Shown piece after piece: positions 29,785 through 36,992 of a stretch of 64,000 nt of DNA. The position numbers and the translations under genes were made by a program. The notes under the pieces were generated by a model. That model had not been told where the DNA came from and did not search any database. It saw only the letters and a program-made list of their open reading frames with translations. The stretch lies in IMG/VR virus record IMGVR_UViG_3300020202_000079, positions 215-64,214 of that record; one strand, written 5' to 3'. How positions within the stretch are numbered: the stretch's first letter is position 1; each line of letters begins with the position of its first letter. This stretch comes from a virus.

Positions 29785-30146
29785 CGACGGCCAGCAATCA
29801 GGAAATCTTCCGCGCGATCGGCGAGCTCACGGCCGACGTGAAGGGCCTACGACGCGACGTCGAGCGCTTCGACAAGCGCAACGAGGAGGCCCAGTTTCGG
29901 GCCGATGAGCACCGCGCCGCGATCCATCAGGAAGTCACCGACCTCGCCGGCCGGATGGACGCGGTCGACGGCCGCATGGCCGCGGTCGAGGAGGTCTTGG
30001 GCGAGACCAAGGCGGTGACCGACGAGGTGAAGATGTGGAAGCAGCGGGGCATCGGCGCGATCGCCTTTGCTGGCCTGGCCGGCACTTCGATCGGCGCGGG
30101 CGCGCTCTTCCTGATCGGCAAGGCGCTCGACCTCTGGCGCCAATGA
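29781..30146 (+). CDS. Coiled-coil protein with C-terminal TM (lysis-associated)
   Basis: IFRAIGELTADVK coiled coil plus hydrophobic tail. Confidence 0.65.
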   Translation: MTTASNQEIFRAIGELTADVKGLRRDVERFDKRNEEAQFRADEHRAAIHQEVTDLAGRMDAVDGRMAAVEEVLGETKAVTDEVKMWKQRGIGAIAFAGLAGTSIGAGALFLIGKALDLWRQ

Positions 30147-30188
30147 ACCCGAGCCCGGCGGGATAACCGAGCACCTCCCTTACCTCGC

Positions 30189-30222
30189 ACCCCGCTCGGC
30201 GCCGCCGCGCGGGGTTTTTTCG
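30189..30222 (+). terminator. Rho-independent terminator ending the late operon
   Basis: ACCCCGC...GCGGGGT stem followed by a T-run. Confidence 0.8.
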
Positions 30223-30240
30223 TTTGTGGAGGATGCCGTT

Positions 30241-30567
30241 CTAGGCCGCCTGCCGGTCCTCGGCCGGGACGATTGCCGCCAGTTCCGTGGCGAGGCGCCG
30301 GCGCTCGTGCCAGAGGTCATAGTCGACCTGCAGGCCCATCCACATTTCGGCCTCGCTGCCGATGAAGGCGCTGATCTTCAGCGCCGTCGCCGGCGTGACA
30401 GGGCTTTCACCGAGCAGCACCTTGTTCAGGCCGGTCGGCGACATGCCGATGGCCTTCGCGGCCTGCCGCATCGAGATTCCAGCGCCTGCCAAGGCGTCGG
30501 CGATGACCGAACCGGGGTGGGGTGGCGCGACCTGGCGCGGGCCGGCGGGGAGCGACTTCGTCGTCAT
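30241..30567 (-). CDS. higA: HigA antitoxin
   Basis: PPHPGSVI, HTH, SPVTPATALKI, EMWMGLQVDYDLW; GGAGA SD. Confidence 0.92.
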   Translation of the reverse strand: MTTKSLPAGPRQVAPPHPGSVIADALAGAGISMRQAAKAIGMSPTGLNKVLLGESPVTPATALKISAFIGSEAEMWMGLQVDYDLWHERRRLATELAAIVPAEDRQAA

Positions 30568-30607
30568 GTGGTCTCCGGGAGGGGGAGAGGGGCTGTCGCC
30601 CCTCGCC

Positions 30608-30886
30608 TCAGTGCGGCTGTTCAAGGTCGACATCATACGCATGCCCGTTCTCCCATGCAAAGGTGATCCGCCACTGGCCAGACACAGAGATTGACCACTT
30701 GTTCTTCCAACCCTTCCACGGGTGTAGCGCATAACCGTGGACGTCGAGCTGCCTTGTATCGGTGGCGCGGTTCAGGACCGCCAAGCGGTCGAGGCAGCGC
30801 CGCGCCAAAGTGCTGTCCATCCTGCGTGCCCTGCCGGTCTCGAAAAGCTCCTTCAGCTCCCGGCTCTTCCACGTCCTGATCGCCAT
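30608..30886 (-). CDS. higB: HigB (RelE-family) toxin
   Basis: LKELFETG, LHPWKG, WSISVSGQWRITF.W; toxin-first order. Confidence 0.92.
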   Translation of the reverse strand: MAIRTWKSRELKELFETGRARRMDSTLARRCLDRLAVLNRATDTRQLDVHGYALHPWKGWKNKWSISVSGQWRITFAWENGHAYDVDLEQPH

Positions 30887-30912
30887 TTCCGCTCTCCCGT
30901 CCTATGAGCAGA

Positions 30913-30948
30913 AATGTAATCTATCAGAGCACAGATGTCAACTGATAG
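30913..30948 (-). promoter_or_regulatory. higBA sigma70 promoter with overlapping operator
   Basis: TTGACA (30941-30936)-17 bp-TACATT (30918-30913); inverted repeat CTATCAG-N14-CTGATAG. Confidence 0.8.
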
Positions 30949-30981
30949 AGCACAAAAAGGCGAAAAAAGATTGGCTGTTTC

Positions 30982-31386
30982 TCATTCCGATCTGCGGGTG
31001 ACTGTCTTGATGATCCCGCCGAAGTCCGGCGGGAAATCGCGGTCGTGCCTCAGGCCGCCGCCGTTGCAGACACAGGGCTCGCCTGCGTCACCGCATCCAT
31101 CGTGCTGCCAAGGCTTGTCGGCGTGCTCCTCGCAGACCCAGCCTTTGCCCGCACAAACCGGACAGTTGGCGGTTATGGCGCGCGACAAGGCATCGTCGGC
31201 GTCCGGCTCGTCGATCTCCAGCGGTTCATGGCCAGGCGTCTCATGGTAAATGACCTGGCGCAGGTCCCGCATGTCGACCGGCTGGCGGCAGAAGAGGCAT
31301 GAGACATAATGCTCAGCTTCGTTCGCGGGTTCGCCCTCGTGCGGTCTACCGCTGACCTTCGGGCCGAGTTCGGAAAGTTTGGTCAC
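30982..31386 (-). CDS. Double Cys/His metal-binding small protein
   Basis: CLFC..YH.TPGH domain plus CPVC..WVCEEH..C..C.CN domain. Confidence 0.65.
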   Translation of the reverse strand: MTKLSELGPKVSGRPHEGEPANEAEHYVSCLFCRQPVDMRDLRQVIYHETPGHEPLEIDEPDADDALSRAITANCPVCAGKGWVCEEHADKPWQHDGCGDAGEPCVCNGGGLRHDRDFPPDFGGIIKTVTRRSE

Positions 31387-31628
31387 CCAGGATGCCGTTC
31401 GGGATCTTTGCCGTAGGTCCGCTCGGACTCTATCTCGCCATTTGCCTTATGATAGACGACCTGGCTCAGGCCACCGTCCTCATTGTGCTTTTTCGCGGCG
31501 GCCGTCGCCTGGTTCTCGGCGTCGCGCTGGGTTTCAACCGTCGCCTGGACTTTGCCGTCGCGCTGCACCTCCCAGCCCTCCTTGCTCAAAATCGACCGAA
31601 AGACGACACGTTTGGCTGTCTGGGCCAT
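31383..31628 (-). CDS. DUF2188-like protein
   Basis: GWEVQRDG, ETQRDA, VVYHKANGEIESERTYGKDP; AAGGAGG SD. Confidence 0.8.
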   Translation of the reverse strand: MAQTAKRVVFRSILSKEGWEVQRDGKVQATVETQRDAENQATAAAKKHNEDGGLSQVVYHKANGEIESERTYGKDPERHPG

Positions 31629-31730
31629 TTTCACCTCCTTGTGATGACAGCATTTAACCGTGCTCCTGCCGGGATTGTTCCGGAACCGATTCGATGCAAA
31701 AGGGTTGAGTCGCGCTTTTGAGCTTGGCGG

Positions 31731-32600
31731 GTGTTGCGTTTGGCGTTGAAGTTCATCGAGCCGATGAAGCCGACCTTGGTCGAGGTTCCTCCCAAGGGCG
31801 ACAACTGGATTCACGAGGTCAAATTCGACGGCTACCGGTCGCAGGCGCATATCGAAAACGGCCTGGTCACGATCTTCACAAGCCGCGGCGTCAATTGGAC
31901 GACCAAGTATCCAACGATCGTGGAGGCTGCTTCGCATCTTCCGGTCAGATCGGCCATCATCGACGGCGAAATGATCGTACCGATGGTCTCGGGAGCATCA
32001 GACTTCCAGGCATTTCGGAGGGCGATCAAGAGCGCCCCGGACACGCTTGCATTCGCCACTTTCGATCTTCTCCACCTCGACGGCGAGGATCTTCGGCGCT
32101 TGCCCCTCCTGGAGCGCAAGCAGCGCCTTTGGGACTTGGTTGCCCCGGCTGAGGGTGCGATCCAGTACAGCCAGCATTTCCATGCCGGCGGTCAGGAGTT
32201 CTATGACCGCATGGTCGCCATGGAACTGGAAGGCATGGTCTCGAAGCGGCCGGACAGCCGATATGCCAGCGGCAGGACGGAGCAATGGCTGAAGACCAAA
32301 TGCTTCGACGAGGCTGAATTCGAGGTGGCGGCGGTGCTGCGAGAGCGCGGCAAGCCGGCGATCGCCTACATGGTCGACGAGGAGCACCGCTATGTCGGCG
32401 GCGCCTTCATCACGCTCAATCACGCGCTCCGGGAGCGGCTTTGGGCCCGGGTGCAGGACAAGGCGCCAAAGGTGAAACCCAAGGGGATGAAGCCGAAGGA
32501 GGGCGCGCAGTGGCTGAAGCCCGGGCTTCGAGCCCGCGTGCGCTTCCTGAAAGGCGAGGAGGAGCTGCGCCATGCCACGCTCCAGGAGCTGCTCGACTAA
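31731..32600 (+). CDS. ATP-dependent DNA ligase (LigD-type ligase domain)
   Basis: HEVKFDGYR, IIDGE, FDLLHLDG, EGMVSKR, WLKTK; exact start uncertain. Confidence 0.9.
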   Translation: MLRLALKFIEPMKPTLVEVPPKGDNWIHEVKFDGYRSQAHIENGLVTIFTSRGVNWTTKYPTIVEAASHLPVRSAIIDGEMIVPMVSGASDFQAFRRAIKSAPDTLAFATFDLLHLDGEDLRRLPLLERKQRLWDLVAPAEGAIQYSQHFHAGGQEFYDRMVAMELEGMVSKRPDSRYASGRTEQWLKTKCFDEAEFEVAAVLRERGKPAIAYMVDEEHRYVGGAFITLNHALRERLWARVQDKAPKVKPKGMKPKEGAQWLKPGLRARVRFLKGEEELRHATLQELLD

Positions 32601-32669
32601 ATTTTTTGCCGGCGGCTTGGAACAGAGCAGGACGGCCCATCATTCCGTTCAATGCTTCACGTTCACATC

Positions 32670-32744
32670 ATGACGTGGTTCACGATCGGACTTGTCGCCG
32701 CCATCTTTGTAGCGGGAGCGATCGCCCTTCTGGTTGGCGCGTAG
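32670..32744 (+). CDS. 24-30 aa hydrophobic peptide
   Basis: MTWFTIGLVAAIFVAGAIALLVGA; alternative ATG at 32652; no clear SD. Confidence 0.35.
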   Translation: MTWFTIGLVAAIFVAGAIALLVGA

Positions 32745-32767
32745 CCAAGCGGCACGCTACACCTGGA

Positions 32768-33010
32768 CTAGGCAGGCTGGCCGTGGATCGAGCGAACAGC
32801 GCGAGCGATCGCCTCATCCGTTTCCAAGTTCGCCTCGAGCGCCATAATGCGGGCGAGCGCAAGGTTGAGCAGCGCGAAGGCGGTTTCATCCTGCGACCAG
32901 CCCGCCGCCTCGGCGCGCGCAGCTAGCGAATTGAAAGCAGGCTGAACTGCCTCCTCGGCATGAAGCCCCCGGTCGGGATGGTGCGGAAGTCGAGGATGCG
33001 CATCAGTCAT
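32768..33010 (-). CDS. Small hypothetical protein
   Basis: PDRGLHAEEA...AEAAGWSQDE motif. Confidence 0.6.
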   Translation of the reverse strand: MTDAHPRLPHHPDRGLHAEEAVQPAFNSLAARAEAAGWSQDETAFALLNLALARIMALEANLETDEAIARAVRSIHGQPA

Positions 33011-33140
33011 GCCTCTCGAATCCACGAGATTCCAGAAGGTTCCTCCAGCGGAGTGATCCGCTCGATCATATCGACGGTTTGTCGTCTGGCTGCTTTCCTT
33101 CCGCCAATGGGGGAGGAATCGCCATGGCCGACTACAAAGG

Positions 33141-33617
33141 CTAGTTCGCTTGGCATCTGCAGTGCCAAGTGCCATCGCGCTCGATCATTTGGCCAGAGTG
33201 CATGTTCGACGAAATCACGAACTCTCTCTCTGAAAGCGCTCGAACATTGAAGCACATGTTATAGCGGTCGATATAGTCGAAGAGCAGGTCCTGAGCGGTT
33301 TCCGCTTTCAGCCTGGCGAACTCGCAAACGTACGCCTGTTGAACGCTCTCCGGCACGAAGCGCACAACAGTAGCCCCAGCAGTTTCCCTCTCTAGGAGCC
33401 TGGTGAGGATTGGAAGCGGCTGACTCTCACCGTTCGCGTTCAGCGGGGTGGTGAACTCCTTCGGGCGAGGGGAGGCGCATTGCGTTGAGAGGACCAGAAG
33501 AATGCCACCTGCAATCCACGTGGCGGCCGCGCCAACGAGGCCGCTTCGTATGTCGCTGGGAATAGGACGAACGTACTCAACGAGCCAACTACGCCGAGTT
33601 ATCGCTTCGTCGGACAT
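33141..33617 (-). CDS. Single-TM protein with Cys-containing C-terminal domain
   Basis: Hydrophobic GLVGAAATWIAGGILLVL; atypical codon usage. Confidence 0.6.
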   Translation of the reverse strand: MSDEAITRRSWLVEYVRPIPSDIRSGLVGAAATWIAGGILLVLSTQCASPRPKEFTTPLNANGESQPLPILTRLLERETAGATVVRFVPESVQQAYVCEFARLKAETAQDLLFDYIDRYNMCFNVRALSEREFVISSNMHSGQMIERDGTWHCRCQAN

Positions 33618-33630
33618 CTATGAAAGCCTT

Positions 33631-34230
33631 TCAGGCTAGAGGAATCCTGACCTCCACGGTGAGCGACGCGTAAGAAATCGCCAGCGTGTACGTTTTGTTC
33701 CCTCCCCCAACACCACACCCCACCTTCATCCCCTCGGGAGTTTGGGCGCTATAGGGGTTTCCGGCGAAGGCAGCCTGTGTGCAGGTGATAATCTCATCAT
33801 AGTTTTCCTCGATCAAGTTATGCAGTTTCACGCCCCCGATCGACGCGAAGCGTTTGTCTTTGAGGAGCGGAAACTCCAACGTGTCGAGTAAAGGCTGGCG
33901 CGTCTCCTGAAGAAGCGCAGCTTGTTCTGCAGCGGGTGCGAGCGCTGCCGCTTGCACCCTCTTCGCAACCTCGGCCGCCGGCCGTTCGTTGTCCCCGGCA
34001 TCCGAGGGCATCGCTACGTCAAAAAAGCACGCCCCGCCGCCTTCCTCGATAACGGACGCCAGCGTTAGACGAGAGTCGTACCAGACAGTGGTAAAATTGC
34101 AGGTCGCTTCCCAGGTCTCCGCCGAGCTCTGCGGCTGAACAAAGATGAGACCAGCAATCGCTATAAGGAACGCTGATACACTTCGGCTCACTGCCCGTTG
34201 AAGTCTGATCAAGACTGCGCCCCTCCTCAC
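33631..34230 (-). CDS. Putative secreted/periplasmic protein
   Basis: Signal-like AFLIAIAGLIFVQPQSSA, four downstream Cys; start uncertain. Confidence 0.6.
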   Translation of the reverse strand: MRRGAVLIRLQRAVSRSVSAFLIAIAGLIFVQPQSSAETWEATCNFTTVWYDSRLTLASVIEEGGGACFFDVAMPSDAGDNERPAAEVAKRVQAAALAPAAEQAALLQETRQPLLDTLEFPLLKDKRFASIGGVKLHNLIEENYDEIITCTQAAFAGNPYSAQTPEGMKVGCGVGGGNKTYTLAISYASLTVEVRIPLA

Positions 34231-34247
34231 TAACGTTACCGTTTTTT

Positions 34248-34263
34248 GTAAACAAATCGTTAA
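34248..34263 (-). promoter_or_regulatory. CtrA-like box TTAA-CGATTTG-TTTAC
   Basis: One mismatch to TTAA-N7-TTAAC, in an AT-rich gap upstream of 34230. Confidence 0.55.
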
Positions 34264-34297
34264 CCATGTCGGGGGGCGCGGGTCAATTCCGAGACGA

Positions 34298-34991
34298 TTA
34301 TAGCGAATTAACAGGTTCGATCATCGAAGCCCTATCGTTCGGCTGCTTGTTGATCGCAGCCGCGTTCACGTCTCGGCTGACGCGTGCAAATCGACATTCC
34401 CCGTTTATCCGCTGGCCCAGCAGCCCTTTCACATTTTCGGCGGGAGTCTGCGGATCGAGCCAGGCATCGTAGACCGCGGGATCGAGCATGATCGGCTGCC
34501 GGTCATGGAGCTGGCTGACCGGCTGTTCGGCCGGCCCCGTTATGATCGTGCAGCTGGTGATATCGAGCGCCTTGTTGTGCGCCCATAGGCCGGCAAAAGA
34601 AAACGGCTCGTGATCGCGCAGGAAGATGTGCCAAGGGTCCTTGCCGCCGTCGGCCGGGCTCTTCGTCCACTCGTAATAGCCATCCGCGGGTATTAGGCAT
34701 CGCGTCGACCGAAAAGCATCCTTGAAGGCGTTCGACGTTTCGACCGTCTCGATCCGCGCATTGAAACATCGCCTGCTTCGGCATCTCCTTCGCCCACCAC
34801 GGGACGAGCCACCAGCGGCCCTCCCGAAGCTTGTGGGCGCCGTTCTCGCCTTGGGTGACGAAAGGCACTGGGTCGGTCGGCGCGATGTTATAGCGGGGCG
34901 CGTCGTTGCGCTGCCGCTCCCAATCGGTCGTGAGCCGATAGAGGCGCTGGATCTCGGACCAGGGCAGGTATCGCGTAAAGCGGCCGCACAT
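34298..34991 (-). pseudogene. SOS response-associated peptidase (SRAP/YedK), frameshifted
   Basis: MCGRF...YNIAPT..WWLVPWW in one frame, FNARIET..RCLIPADGYYEW..HDRQP in another; extra base at 34764-34766. Confidence 0.85.
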
Positions 34992-34994
34992 CGA

Positions 34995-35264
34995 CTACTC
35001 CATGTCAGGCACTTCGCCGTGAACATAGAGGGTTTTGGGTGGGCCGTATTCCCCGATCGAAGGATTGGCCTCGCGCGACCAGGCAATAGCGCCGGCGTGC
35101 TTCCTGGCCAGCGCCATGGCGGTTCGAATAGCGCGCTCCTCGCTGATCGATTCCGCCGGACCAAACGCAGCTTGCAGCTCGCCTTCCTCGTCGCGGTCGA
35201 ATGCGGCCACGACGATCAGCTTGGGCGTGACCTTGCGCTCAGGCAGCAGGCTGATTGTTTTCAT
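34995..35264 (-). CDS. Hypothetical protein of SRAP cassette
   Basis: LIVVAAFDRDEEG...AWSREANP...GEVPD. Confidence 0.7.
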   Translation of the reverse strand: MKTISLLPERKVTPKLIVVAAFDRDEEGELQAAFGPAESISEERAIRTAMALARKHAGAIAWSREANPSIGEYGPPKTLYVHGEVPDME

Positions 35265-35849
35265 GGTGCTTGCCGTAAAGCCTGCCCACCCATTCCGCGT
35301 CGACAATGCTCGGCACCCAATCGACGAGCTCGAACAGGTCGCCATCGTCCACGCGAGACCAGTGCGGGTCGTCGTCCGCGGGGTCCAAGGCCGGCTCGGT
35401 GCGCCACCGCACGTGCGCCATCGATCCGGTCTTGTCGCGCCCGGCAATGATCGTTCCGTCGCGGGGTGCCTCAGCGGCAGGCCTTACATGCTCCTGGGCC
35501 ATGAACTCGATCTCGGCCGGGCTCGGACCGTCGTCCTGCTCCTCGGCAACGTCCCGCTCTGGCTCAATCAGCTTCAGGTAAGAGTCCGGCGGCACCTTCG
35601 CGCCTTGGCCGAGTGCTGCCTCAAACGCGGCATGCTCGGCGTCGTCCCACACGTGCGCGATCGCCGCTTCTTCATCCGTGTATTCGACCGGGGCACCCAT
35701 GTACCAACCCTCACGCGCGAAACGGGCGTCAGCCGCGGCGCCCGGGTGTACACCAAGCTGGCGGAAGTGTGCGGCGGCGGCCTCGAGGCCCACTCGCAGG
35801 CGGTCCGCCGGGCTCCGGGAATATCCAACTCCAGGGTGACGTTTGCCAT
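35239..35849 (-). pseudogene. Hypothetical gene with probable single-base deletion
   Basis: GGAG-N7-ATG at 35849 (MANVTLELDIPG) shifts near 35793 into the VGLEAAAAHF frame ending at 35239. Confidence 0.55.
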
Positions 35850-35874
35850 TTTGGAACTCCACGCTGTCGACCTT

Positions 35875-35889
35875 GTTCTCATTTTGTTC
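35875..35889. promoter_or_regulatory. Alphaproteobacterial LexA (SOS) box GTTC-N7-GTTC
   Basis: Exact GTTCTCATTTTGTTC between divergent genes. Confidence 0.85.
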
Positions 35890-35926
35890 ACGTAGTAGCG
35901 AGAGTCAAGCTCGGCACGAAATCGGC

Positions 35927-36205
35927 ATGGCAATCGAGACGCTTTACGACCTGTGGCTCGCTAAGGGGCGCATCCACGTGCGTTGCGCCTGGGGCGGCCG
36001 GGAAGGCATGAAATCGATTCGGGAATGCGGTTTCCGCATCGAGCCCGACTTGATGACCCTCATGCTCACCCGCGGCCGGCGTTGCGAACTGGTTGATCTC
36101 AGGACGAAGTTCCGCTGTCCGATGTGTGGCTCCTGGCGGGTGACGATCGGCGTCACGCTGCCCGGTCAGACGGACAGTTCGGCAATAAGGGCTGCGCTGG
36201 GATGA
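35927..36205 (+). CDS. Small zinc-ribbon-like protein
   Basis: RC..., C, CPMCGS motif. Confidence 0.7.
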   Translation: MAIETLYDLWLAKGRIHVRCAWGGREGMKSIRECGFRIEPDLMTLMLTRGRRCELVDLRTKFRCPMCGSWRVTIGVTLPGQTDSSAIRAALG

Positions 36206-36591
36206 CGGCTTCCCACAAGCGTGCCACCAGCTCACGGGCTGCAATCGACCGAGATTTGCCGCACCAGGTCGCGCTGCCGAATGACATGTGCACCCAGGAG
36301 AACTATTGGCCGCTGCACAACTTCTGCGACAGCCTTGGTGTGCGATGGAGCACCCGGCATGTCATTGCCCAATGGGCGGACGGCGTTGAGCGCGAATACC
36401 GGCTATATTGCTTCGCCACACCCGAAGCGGCCGGCCGCTTCGCCAAGCGCTTCGAGGGGACCCCATTCGACCCCAAACGCGATCGCGAGAAGGGTGGGAC
36501 GAAAGGGGCCTGGCACCGCACTGATGCGTCAGCGATGCCGGAGAGGTGCGGGCCGCTGAAGATGCCGAAGTTCTTCATTGAGCACCCCTAG
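36202..36591 (+). CDS. Hypothetical protein
   Basis: IDRDLPHQVALP...YCFATPE...F.GTPFDP; ATGA-coupled. Confidence 0.7.
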   Translation: MTASHKRATSSRAAIDRDLPHQVALPNDMCTQENYWPLHNFCDSLGVRWSTRHVIAQWADGVEREYRLYCFATPEAAGRFAKRFEGTPFDPKRDREKGGTKGAWHRTDASAMPERCGPLKMPKFFIEHP

Positions 36592-36688
36592 TTCCCAAGG
36601 CTGCCGGCAGTTAGCCGCAGCAGGCGGGAACGGAGGGAAAACCGAGCCTGGCTAACCTCCAGACAAGTGGTTGATATGCCCGGACCTT

Positions 36689-36710
36689 GTTCGTCCCTCC
36701 GGGCCCACCA
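36689..36710 (+). other. tRNA 3'-end-like fragment, candidate att core
   Basis: GTTC(--)GTCCCTCCGGGCCCACCA resembles T-loop remnant, T-stem strand, acceptor strand and CCA; no 5' tRNA half present. Confidence 0.55.
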
Positions 36711-36752
36711 AGTTCGACGCGCTGCCTTAGCTGACGTGCGGACACCTATCCG

Positions 36753-36957
36753 GCCACATAACCTGCCACAAAAATCCCTTTCGGGTTAGAAATCGTCAGT
36801 GTTTTCAATGGCTGGTCATCTGCGTGGTGCATCTCGACCGCACCAAAACGCCGCCTGCAAACCATTTACAATCCATTGATTTCATAGCGTTTTCGGGCGC
36901 GGCTTCGGCCGCTGCTTGATTTTGCGCACCGTTTCATGCCACAAAACCTGCCACATA
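36753..36957. repeat. Integrase arm-type repeats and IHF site
   Basis: Two pairs of GCCACA at 12-bp spacing (36753/36765, 36938/36950); WATCAANNNNTTR match at 36869-36881 on minus strand. Confidence 0.65.
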
Positions 36958-36992
36958 TCAGGTCCCTCAGTGGCGTTTTGTAGGGTGCGCGC

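Noticed and set aside
31661-31670. Isolated TTAAC half-sites (31664, 34318) as CtrA boxes
   Set aside because: No second half-site at N7 spacing
31383-31937. 184 aa version of the DUF2188-like ORF and other long upstream extensions (30732, 33175, 35447, 46257)
   Set aside because: Downstream ATGs have clear SD sequences and match domain boundaries; extensions overlap other genes or promoters
36640-36710. Intact tRNA or tmRNA gene
   Set aside because: Only the 3' end resembles a tRNA; no D-arm, anticodon arm or matching 5' acceptor strand, and no tag reading frame
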